From assembly GCA_905178155.1 (NCBI GenBank), contig CAJINV010000004.1, forward strand, positions 1,874,391 through 1,938,390: a DNA stretch of 64,000 bases, in the 5' to 3' direction. The notes beneath the pieces are model-generated. The model had not been told where the DNA came from and did no database searches. It saw only the letters and a program-made list of their open reading frames with translations. This stretch comes from Amoebophrya sp. A120. Its lineage: Eukaryota; Protista; Dinoflagellata. Positions 10,601-21,137 of the stretch are shown one piece after another; the stretch's first letter is position 1, and each line of letters starts with the position of its first letter. Position numbers and translations under genes: made by a program.

Positions 10601-13600
10601 CGGCGAGGTGGAGCAGGTCAAAACTACAGAGCCGATTCGCTCGTCGTGCAAAACGACGAGGACGCAACATTTACTGTCGAAAATAACGAAGAGAAGGAAC
10701 AAGATGCACAAAGCTACATGAGTCAGCGGGATAAAATCGCGAATTTCTACCCACCAGCGCGTTCCTCGTCCCGCGCTTCCTCAACGGCGTATCGCAACGA
10801 GACTCTGCAGCCAGGGCAGCTCGAGGACAAAGTGCCGCAACCCAGAGGGAGTTTGAAACGCGGCTCTCCGGTGGTCGACCAACCAGCTCCGCAGTATGGC
10901 ATGCTGGACGACAGGAAAATGCATTATGCCAACGATCGCAGCATTGGCGCAGAACAAAGGACGGGCCGCCCTGGTTCACAACAATTCCGCAACGGATCAT
11001 TACGGCAGGAGAACAACGACAGGCTCTTGTACAGCAACCACCGGGGGTCCACCCATGCTGCGGAACTACAACCGGCTCGCGGGCGGACGCCTCCGCCCGG
11101 ACAGGGCGCCTCGCTCGTCGATCAGCGAGAGTTCTCGTCGTCCGTTTCGGGGTCCGCCTTGCCCTCTCATCTCTATCCCCCCACTTCCAGTTTGCTGTTG
11201 CAAAATCGCCAGGTCAACATTGCAGAAAATATCAAAAGGAAAAATCCCCCCTCCCCATATTGGAAACGGAAGATGCGCGAATTTGTGATGCTGTATTTGA
11301 GTACACAAATCGACTTGTATTGCTAAGAGGCCAAGAGACGAAGCTGCGGCCTAAATTGCAGGTAATCTGTCATGCTGTTTCCCACTTCCAGCTGCCTCCT
11401 GTCATCCTGGAGCTGCAAGGCTTTCCCACGCTAGACAGCACTACAGTCCGCATCTTTTGCCTTCTAGCATCACAAAGCTGATTTGTGACCACAAATCTGC
11501 ATCACAGATTTCCGTTTTGATATGGGGAGGGGGCATTTTTCCTCGCAATAGAAAACTTCCGGAATTCACTGGCGGCGAGGGGCAGTGGCGGGAGTTTAAC
11601 GGGCATCAGTGGATTGAACGTTGTGTCGAACCTATGCAAGGAAAAAACTGTTTCACTGTGAACTTGTGATGCAGAAAATGGAACACAGAACTACTTGTCT
11701 TGCTACACCTGCAAGACCTTGGATTTTCAAGCGTGTTTTGCCTTGGGAAGCGCGCATGACAGATTTTCAGTGTCACGTGTAACAAACTTGTGATGCAGAT
11801 CTTGCAAAATCATCACAGTGAAGTAGTTTTTTTGTGTGATAGAACCTGCTGAAAGCGAAAAAGTTTGAGTCATCTTCAGGTAGCGGTGCGGCCGGCGCTG
11901 CTACAGGTGGCTCATTCAACAACGGAGGAGGAGGACCTGCAGGGGGTTCTTCGCACTTTGTTGTAAATCAGAATCGCAACGCGGCAATGATGAGTCAACG
12001 AAGCATGACCGCCCACCCACGAGCGACCGGACCGCTCGGGGCCGTGGAAGGAGGTGGAGGCAAGAACTTCAACCCGATAGTGAATCAGATACAGATGAAG
12101 CGTCAGATGAACCCTGAGCAGATGAAAAATATTCGTCGGGAGCAGAGCGCGAAGGAGCTACAGCGGCATACGAATAATTCTACTGGGACGATGAACTCGA
12201 ATTCCAGTTGGAACTACGATCCGCAGTACGTGAAGCGCGACTACAGTGGACCAGCCGCCAGCACCATGCACCAAAGCACCGTTTTCAACTCCCAGCCGTT
12301 GCCGTACCCTTACCAGGCCCACGTCGCCATATGAATTGCAAAAGTATCGTACTCGTATTGCAATCATGCATTACGAATCTTGTTCTTAAGGCAAATCCGC
12401 ATTACAAATTTCATTTCTCATGCTGAGGAAATAATTTGTATATGCATTTGTACGAGTACGATACTTTTGCACAGGATACGCCATGCAGCCGACCAATTCC
12501 ACTACGTCTGCTGGGGACGACGCTGATGGTGCGAAGAACAAGCGCGTGTGGAGCTACACATTGACCACTGCTGGCGTGTATGGATTGCAAAAATGTCTGG
12601 GTCTGGAAGATTGGAAGACTTGTCATGCACATTTTGCATGACCCATGACGCCTGTAATGCATGACTTAGCATCACAGATCTTTGGAGGGCTTTCTGATGC
12701 CTGTTTCGCATGAGAAATGCCCTTTCCACGTAGCACAAAGTGAACTCCTCTGTCCGGTCATGCAATACAGATTTTTTTAGAATCCCAAGACAGCATCACA
12801 AGTTCCAACCTTCCAGACCCAGACACTTTTGCATTTGATAGGGCGCGGCAGAAGGAAACCGAGAATCTTGCCAGTGCTGGAGCCGTACCAGTGGGAGAGG
12901 ACTTTGGAGGAACAAATGAGAAAAAACCCACTAGTGGTCCCTCCGCTGCAGGGGCTACAACTGCAGCAGGTGCTCTAGTGTTGCAACCCTCGCCTAGAAC
13001 TACGATGGTGACGAATTGCAATCTTGCTGCAAGGAGTAGTCCTGTAGTTACAAGTACCAGTGCTGCTTCTACCATTGGCTTCCGAGCAGGACACCCGCCC
13101 CAGCTCCGGCCACCCTACCTGGCCTCACCTATGGGAGAGAGTTGTACTTCTTCGCTTGTTCGGCACCCGCAGTACAATGGACGAGGACCATATGCAAGAA
13201 AAAAACTGTGTAAGTGTAAATTTGTGTTGCAGAACATGCAACAGAGTTACGCCTGTCATGCCAGACAGCCATGAAGTCCTCTTTTCATGTGTGTTTTCCC
13301 TTACAAGCCACGCATGACAGGTTTTCTCTGCCATGCAGGGCAAATTTGTGATGCTGTTTCTCAAAGAAAGTTACACTTACACACTTTTTTTCCTGGATAG
13401 ACCACTGGGGTCCCTCCGACCGAGTCCTATCGGCAGCGCTGCGCCTGCTCTGTATCAAAACCAAATTATGTGTCTGGGTTTGGAAGGAAGCTTTAGCAGA
13501 CACTTGCAGTCATGCAGTTTTTTGTTTTTGCGTATATAGCGAAGGTCTGGAAAAGAATGTACAGACCGCATGACAAATTCTGCGGGATCCCCTCCAACAT

Positions 13601-15163
13601 GCCGATTCTGCCTAAGAAATACCCCCACATCATGTCGGAGACAAAAATCCCACATCTACTTTTGCGGACTATGCAACACAGATATTCTTTGCCTCTTCAA
13701 GAATCTTTCGCATCAGAAGTTTTTGGTTTGCCCGACTCTTGTTCCAAACCCAGATGGATATTTGCAAATGCATACTCTGCACGTGGCCGCCACCTCCACG
13801 TCCTCTCGGAGTACGTCGAAATCAGCGAAAACAACGGATTATGCTGTGCAAAAGTATCGCACTCGTATTACTATCTATTATATTCATGCGAAAATATGGG
13901 TTTGTAGAGGGTAGACGAGAGGTGGCCGGGAGGTAAAACAGAGGTCAAAAGAGGTCAAAAAGAGGTCGACAGAGGTGGAGAGGTGGCGCGGGAGGCAGTT
14001 CGAGAGGGTGCGCGAGAGGTGGCGCGGGTATAGCCCGCCGAACCGCTCGCCCTTTAGGGCCGCTAAGCGCCTCGGAGGGTGCCGAGAGGAAAAAAAGAGG
14101 GCAAGCGAGAGGGGGACAGAGGTGCCGAGAGGTTGCGCGAATAAGGGGAGACCTCTCGCGCACCCTCTGGGCCACCTCTCGACCACCTCTGTCGACCTCT
14201 AACCGCGAGTATAGCCGGACTATTAGCAACACCTCTCGGAAGAGGTGAAAAAGAGGGTCTGCGAGAGGGGTAAAAAAACCCGAATCCGCCCGAGGCAGGG
14301 CTGTTTTTTTGCGGCCTTTTCGAGCATAGGCCCGAACCCTCTCGCGCTACCGTCTCGCGCACCCTCTCGCGCACCCTCTCGCGCCAATCTCTCGCGTCGG
14401 GCGGCTTCTGTTCGCCCCCGGTGTTCTTTGCAGCTGCCCCCTGCGCAGAGCGCCCGCAGGCGCGGGAAGCGCGCAAGCGGTCCTGCGGGTTGGCGCGGCG
14501 CAAACAGGCGGCCGGACCCGGCACCCAGTGTGCTTCGTCGTGCATTATAATATTGGGCCCGTGGCATTGTGGCCCGATTCGCAAATAGTCCTGCCCCGCC
14601 CCAACAGCCTTGCGCCCCGGCGTCAGCCGGGGCATGGCTGGTAACTATAAATGCAAGCCTTGCATTACAAATCCTTTTCTAAAGGTAACTCCGCATTACA
14701 AATTTTACTTCTCATGCTGAGGAAATTTGTAATGCATTTATACGACTACGATACTTTTGCAGTTCATACGGACTCCGCAGCTGCATTTCCGGCCCCCGTC
14801 GCGGCCACGCTTTTTCCCTCCGCGGTCGTGGTACATCAACCGAGAAGCGACCCGTCGAGTCGCGGCCCAACCCGGCAGACGTCGTCCGGTTCTTCCATGC
14901 GCCAGAGCATCACAAAACTGATCGACAAGGCAAAGCAGGTTCTCGACCATGATAAGAGCTCTTCGAAAGTGCTGGCGAACAAGAGCGTGGAAGAGGAGCC
15001 AGAGGCAGAAGAGGAACTACAACTCCAGTACGCGGATCGCTCTCTGCCACCAAAACGGAAACCGCGAAATCACCGCAATCGACCACAACCCTACATGACC
15101 ACCTTCATTGCAAGGTACGATGGACTAAGTACGGTTTTGCATCTATCACGAATGATCTACTGA
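7616..15163 (+). CDS. Large multi-exon low-complexity (S/G/N/Q-rich) protein gene(s); start, end and full exon structure not resolved
   Basis: Long ORF pieces 7616-8328, ~9149-9450, ~10445-11229, 11987-12329, 14769-15163. Tested junctions (8329-8594, 13840-14768) rejoin in frame. No recognisable domain. Confidence 0.5.
8329..8594. mobile_element. Introner family B, degenerate
   Basis: Right end GATACTTTTGCACCGAATA; TSD TCGAG/TCAGG; frame restored. Confidence 0.65.
8683..8832. mobile_element. Introner family B
   Basis: TIR TGCAAAAGTATCGTACT; TSD GAAGC/GATGC. Confidence 0.85.
11230..11550. mobile_element. Introner family C
   Basis: TIR AGGAAAAATCCCCCCTCCCCATAT; TSD GAAAA/GAAAA. Confidence 0.9.
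11633..11841. mobile_element. Introner family D
   Basis: TIR AAAAAACTGTTTCACTGTG; TSD GAACC/GAACC. Confidence 0.88.
12330..12478. mobile_element. Introner family B
   Basis: TIR TGCAAAAGTATCGTACTCGTA; TSD CGCCA/CGCCA. Confidence 0.9.
12579..12840. mobile_element. Introner family A
   Basis: Family A TIRs; TSD GCGTG/GGGCG (diverged). Confidence 0.85.
13191..13399. mobile_element. Introner family F
   Basis: Family F TIRs; TSD GACCA/GACCA. Confidence 0.9.
13453..13774. mobile_element. Introner family A, degenerate
   Basis: TGTCTGGGTTTGGAA...TTCCAAACCCAGA; TSD CTCTG/CTCTG. Confidence 0.8.
13840..14768. mobile_element. Introner family B (hosts Helitron)
   Basis: Family B TIRs; TSD CGGAT/CGGAC; frame TTD|SAAAF restored. 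Confidence 0.85.
13874..14641 (+). mobile_element. Non-autonomous Helitron nested in an introner
   Basis: 5' A|TCTATTATAT, 3' hairpin GCCCCGGC-GTCA-GCCGGGGC then CTGG|T, no TSD; internal GAGAGG/CCTCTC arrays. Confidence 0.8.
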
Positions 15164-15428
15164 AAGAATAGAACAACAATTATGCAGATTTTTGTTCATT
15201 GCATTTGCAGATGAACATATGCACGACGGCCCTGTTCCTTGTCCCTCCAATTGTCTGTAAGCCCTCTGCTGGTGCAATTGGCTCGCGATTTGATCTGCCC
15301 TCGCCCTTGCGGTTTACCTCGCACAAACTCAGACTCACATCTGGATATTACGTTGCGCCGAGGTAGTGCTTACTCGAGTAAATGTATTGTAAACAGATCA
15401 CATCCGCCTAGAAGAGAAGAAGAAGCGA

Positions 15429-18400
15429 ATGTCCAAAAAAAAAAACGCCCATCAACATCACAGATACGAGGAGAAGCTCCGCAACCTCTTGTTGGAGCAG
15501 GATGCGTGGAACGTTTTGGAAACATGCGAAGAGCTCGCGCTGCGCTCGGATCACCGGAGGGAATTCAAGCAACATCAGAAGAAGCTGCAGGCCAAGAAGA
15601 TGGCTGACGTCGGTGGCACGGACACAAACCCTGCTGTCCCAGCTGAAGACGAGGAAGACGACGAGGACACTTTGGACTATCAAAGTGGAAAAAGCCCCCT
15701 CCCCATATTGAAACGGAAACTTCTGTTGCTGGATTTGTGTACACAAACCAGCCCTGTCTTGCAGCGAGGCACTACAGGCAAAGCCTCAGCCTGCGTAGGG
15801 GTGTTTTGTTGTAGGCTCTTGGCATAAGAGAGGGCTGCCATGTAGGTGAAACAGCATTACAAATCGCCTCCATAAGGCGGCGGATTCTTGTGGTTTGCCT
15901 TCTTGCAAGACAGATGTGATTTGTGGCCTCAAATCCGCAACACAAATTTTTGCAAACATACCTTTTCGATATGGGGAGGGGGGATTTTTCCTCTCAATAT
16001 GGACGAAGATTTGTTTGAAACGGCCAAACGCCAGTACTTATGCATTGCAAAAGTATCGTACTCGTATAAATGCATTACAAATTTCCTTAGCATGAGAAAT
16101 AGAATTTGTAATGCGGATTTGTTGAGTTAACAAGAAAACCAGCCACCCCCCGGCGAAGGCCGCCGGGGAGGGGGCTGTTCGGTGGAGGTGTTCCGGTGGG
16201 GAAGGTGGCGCCAGCATTGAATCGCTGCGCGCCGCTGCGCAACCAAATAAAAAGAGCCCGGCCCATGTTTCGGCATCGGTGGGCACCCTGGGGGGCGCGC
16301 CTCTAGGGCGCTGCCTGTATTACTAATAGACGGCGCAAGGGCGCGTGCTACACTTCCACCTGCTGCTGCATGCCCCGCCTTAGTAGCTGGCTGCGCGCCG
16401 TAAGAAAATGCTTACAGGAAACTATTTCCGGGCGCCAACGTTCAAGACGCCACAAGGGCGACGCACCTGCTGCCAGCCCGCGCGGGCGCTGTGGGAAAGA
16501 AGTTGCGGCCACCCTAGGTGGCCGACCAGGTTAAGGCGAGGCGCCGCGCCCCCTCTGGGGGACGCAGAGCGGCGCACGCACTTTGAACGGCCGCTCTGAT
16601 CTGAAAGCGAAAACAATGCCAGCCGATCGCTGCGCCCTAGCGAACTTCTTAAGGGGGCGCCGCGCGCAGACAAGTGGGCAGGCTGTGCAACTGGAGGTGG
16701 TCCACGAGAGGGTCCGGGAGAGGGTCCCGGAGAGGTTCGGAGAGGGTCGGGGAGAGGTTCGGAGAGGGTCCCCGAGAGGGTCCGGGAGAGGTTCGGAGAG
16801 GTCCCGAGAGGGTCCGCCGAGAGGTAAAATAGAGGTTCCCGGAGAGGGTCACGGTAGAGGGTCGCCTAGAGGGTCGCCCTATACTACGAACCCTCTCCGA
16901 CCCTCTACACCCTCTTCCCCTACCCTCTATTTCACCTCTCCCCAACCTCTACCCAACCTCTGCGCGCGTATAGCTCCGCTTTAACGGCGTGCATACTACG
17001 CACCCTTTCCCTATCCTCTCCGCTACCTCTCGTTTTACCTCTCCCCGACCCTCTCATTTTGGCCGACCCTCTATTTTACCTCTCCGACCCTCTATCTTAC
17101 CTCTCTAAAACCTCTCCCCAACCTCTACTGTACCCTCTCCCGCCCCGTTTTCTTCCATATGTAAATATACCAGCCACCCCCCGGCGGAGGCCGCCGGGGA
17201 GGGGGCTGCTCGGTGGATGTGTTCCGGTGGGGAAGGTGGCGCCAGCAATGAATCGCTGCGCGCCGCTACACAACCAAATAAAAAGAACCCGGCCCATGTT
17301 TCGGCATGGATAGGCACCATGCCCGGCCTCGGTAGTTGCGCGCCCTGGGAAAATGCGCATAGGAAACTACTTCCGGGCGCCAACGTTCAAGACGCCACAA
17401 GGGCGGCGCAGCTGCTGTGAGCGCGCGCGGGCGCTGTGGGAAAGAAGTTGCGGCCACCCTAGGTGGCCGACCAGGTTAAGGCGTGGCGCCGCGCCCCCTC
17501 TGGGGGACGCAGAGCGGCGCACGCACTTTGAACGGCCGCTCTGATCTGAAAGCGAAAACAATGCCAGCCGGTCGCTGCGCCCTAGCGAGCTTCTTTAGGG
17601 GGCGCCGCGCGCAGACAAGTGGGCAGGCTTTGCTCCTGGAGGTGGTCCGCGAGAGGGTCCCGGAGAGGGTCGAGGAGAGGGTCGGGGAGAGGGTCGGGGA
17701 GAGGGTCCGAGAGGGTCCCGGAGAGGGTCGGAGAGGTTCCGAGAGGGTCCACCGAGAGGCAAAATAGAGGTTCCCGGAGAGGGTCGCGGTAGAGGGTCAC
17801 ATAGAGGGTCGCTCTATACTACGCACCCTCTCGGACCCTCTCGACCCTCTCCCCCTACCCTCTATTTGACCTCTGTCCACCCTCTACCTACCCTCTTCGG
17901 GCGTATAGCGCCGCTATAAGGGCCGACATACTACCCACCCTCTCCCTACCCTCTCCTTTACCTCTCGTTTTACCTCTCCCCGACCCTCTATTTTTTCCCG
18001 ACCCTCTACTTTACCTCTCCCAACCTCTATTTTACCTCTATCAAACCTCTCCCCACCCTCTACCGGAACCTCTCCGGCCCCATTTTCTTCCATATATAAA
18101 TATATTAATTAATTTGTAATGCATGATTGCAATACGAATACGATACTTTTGCACAGGATAATACTTCGTGGCCAACCACAGTTTGACGGAGATGAGTTTC
18201 GACTGCTCCATATCCTGAGTAAAAACGTACCCACGCCAGAGTTGTAGCGCAGATTTGCAAAGACAAGAAGACTTGTAATGCGCATCCGCATGAGAGCCAT
18301 TTCCAGTCGTGTATTGGAATTTGTGATGCTGTGAACAGGATGAGCAGATGCATCTGTGACGCGGCTGCACTTGCTAACCTGCACAACACTGCAGAGTGCA

Positions 18401-20134
18401 ACTTATCATGCGTGACTCACAAAACTCCTAGGCTTGTGTTGCAAAATCCCCATCCTGACTCTGGTGTGGGTACGTTTTTACTCAGGATACTCCAAGGATG
18501 AGCTAACCCAACTGCTGAACCAGGTCGAGAGCCAGGGGAAGAGGTTGCACAAACAGCTGGTCAAATGCCTGCAGAAGTTGAAAGACAATCCGCAAAGTAG
18601 TATTCATTTGTTCCATGACACTACCGGCCCGTCGGAGCAGAATTCTCTCGCCCCCAGATCGGGACCTGGTTCCGCTTCCGTCTCGCGCGCGAGCAGTACC
18701 GCGGCGGGTCCCCGCAGCGAGAGTCGGGGAGGCAAACAGGAATTGCTGCAGCAAAGCCTACAACGGTACAACGACGAGACGGAGTTAGCGCAACTGAAAG
18801 ACAAGCTGATCCAGGTATCATTTTTTTTTCAGAATTATATTGAAAATGTTCTTTCGTGTTGACAGACTCTGGTGTCCTACTATACAACGTACCTAGATCA
18901 TCTAGATGATGATGTATGCAAAAGACAACAGATCCTTTTTATTTTGTGACGCACGTGCAAGCGCAAGAACGTTATTTATCGCAGAAAAATGAAATAAATC
19001 CGCTACAGGCCCGCAATTGGAACTCGAATGTCGGAAAAGACTACCTGCGAGTCCCGGCCGCGGTTTTGAAAGAGGCTGTGACGGAACTCAAAAAACGCAA
19101 CGTAAACACCTCATCGAAGCCGACAACGCCCGTCTTCACTTCGTCGTCACATGGCACAACATACGCAGTGCAAGAGTGCAAGATTATCGTACCAACACTG
19201 ACCCTAGATCGCATTTTTCAAAAGGAGCCTTTCGCAAAAATTCAAATTGGAAGATTTGTATCAAGATGCTGACTAACGTAGACAATTTAAAGCGGCTGCA
19301 TGTTTCATCTTGTTCATGAAAAAATATTGCAATATGCTTTATGCGCGTACGGTACGATACATTTTGATTTTTCCCGAGGATAATATCACGAAGCCGAAGG
19401 GTGCAGCTGCTGCCGGTCCTACAGCTGAGGAGCAGAAATCCCTGAAAACATTTAACCGACACGCTGCTCGGGGAGCCACCGCAGAAGACAGCAAAGAAAC
19501 TTGTACTTCAAAGGCGGAGGACAACTTCTACACGGTTGGCGCTAGCGTGGACGAGGAATTCGTAATTATTTGTAAAATTTTATTTCAAGGCTTTATGTTC
19601 TGCTCTACCACAAGCACAACCGTATATCTGTTCTACGAATTACAGAGATAAGAGTCTGTACACCTAAATGTGCATATTGATATTGTGATCAAGCACCTGC
19701 AGATGAAAAGTCATCAACTACATTCACAGATGATTCCGGGGGCGCGCAAAAATCCGAGAAAAGTTTTGTTCCGCAAACTGTATTCGCTGTACCGGTTTTC
19801 CATTAGCAAGCTCACTGAGGCGGAGGCGGAGGAGGAGTATGAGAGCATCAATTACAGCGGTCGGACAAAACAGCCCGGCAGTGACGGTGTAAGAGCATCA
19901 TCTTCAAGTAGACGCAGAAGAAGTACGACAACATCCCCCGGCTCGTCGTCAAAGGGCACTACAAGAGCAACGACGAAAAACATCAGCCCAGCAAACACGA
20001 TCCACACCTTCCTGGCCCACGAGCTCCGTGCCTTGTACGATACCTACAGTGCCAGTTGCAGGAGCCTCGCAGAAGTAGGGGTGGCTTCGAAGATGCAACC
20101 AGTGGTACAGCCACGACATGTTGCCAAATTTTGA
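15429..20134 (+). CDS. Multi-exon gene, uncharacterised coiled-coil-like protein (3' end uncertain)
   Basis: MSKKKNAH...EDTLD|EDLFETAKRQY|FVANHSLTEMSFDCS|KDELTQLL is in frame across introners 15678-15999, 16039-18160 and 18211-18489; downstream exons only partly traced. Confidence 0.55.
15678..15999. mobile_element. Introner family C
   Basis: Family C TIRs; TSD TGGAC/TGGAC. Confidence 0.9.
16139..17169 (-). mobile_element. Helitron-like element, unit 1 of a head-to-tail dimer
   Basis: Minus strand: 5' TATATTTACATATGG, 3' hairpin CCCCGGCG-n5-CGCCGGGG then GGTGGCTGG|T; GAGAGGG and CCCTCTC arrays. Confidence 0.72.
17170..18104 (-). mobile_element. Helitron-like element, unit 2 of a head-to-tail dimer
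   Basis: Highly similar to unit 1 (ORF-track peptides 16408-16599 and 17353-17544 are near-identical); preceded by A on the minus strand; same CTGG 3' end and hairpin. Confidence 0.72.
18211..18489. mobile_element. Introner family G
   Basis: TIR TATCCTGAGTAAAAACGTACCCAC; TSD CTCCA/CTCCA. Confidence 0.92.
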
Positions 20135-21137
20135 CTGTTGGGCGAAAAAGAATACCAATACGACCGTGCAGGGGAACATGGTGTACTTTTAAACGTGAAG
20201 CAATAGATCTGCACGACCAGCAATGCTAGGATAGAAACAAGAAATGATTCTTGATCATCATGAGATTTTTTGTACCGAAAAGAAGTGAGATGTAATGACG
20301 CAGGTAGTTAACGCTGTGGGTGGGAGAGAACGCATTAGTGATTTTTCTTTGGAAATGTTTCGACTGTCATTTGTTTTTTCTTTAAAGAGGACCTGAGAAC
20401 ATTAACTAAGGCACCAAACATTGAGTTGTTTTGAGCCACTTTTTACACAAAGTATAGTGGCACTTCTTCACGGGTTATTTCAATTATGTGGAAGAGCACC
20501 CAAAGAGCAGACAGGCAAGCAACCCATCTTCGCCTACTCTTCGCCGGAGGCGGTGCGCATGCACATGATGCACAGGATCACATCTTCAAAATCGTCAGAC
20601 TAAAAACCAAATCGCCCACTACTCTTGTGCTGCCCTTAGTACTCAGTCACGACACCGACGCATTGGCGGCTTGTTCGTCAGATCTGCTGGTTGGTTTTTC
20701 GATTATCGCCGGGCCTGGCCTTCGAGGTGGATCAAACAATGCTAGGAAAAGTAAGTACCGGTGTCGCCATGGCGGCAACAGATCTTTTCGGTGCTCATTG
20801 CCGCGAGTGGAGGCCTTGAAGATCAACAGATGACTGAGATGATGTTTCTACTGAAGTGGTGTCTACTATTTCCGTATTTTTTCTTTGCCTCGTCGATGGC
20901 CCATCTCGATTGAAGACAGTCTTCCCAGCCAGATAATCCACGACGATACCACTAATGGCAATGACCCCGTAAAGTGAAAGTTATAAAAACGTAAACTACA
21001 TATTCTTGAGACAAATTCTGCCTCGTGCAATTTGAATTCTGGCTCATTATAGTCCCACCAGTAGCTCCTTGTTGCTCACGGTAGTTCTCTTTCACCACAA
21101 TCCCCGTCACCCAGTAACGCCAGTAAGGTGCTGGAAA

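Larger units (their letters stand above)
16039..18160. mobile_element. Introner family B (hosts Helitron dimer)
   Basis: Family B TIRs; TSD GTACT/ATACT; frame RQY|FVAN restored. Confidence 0.85.
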
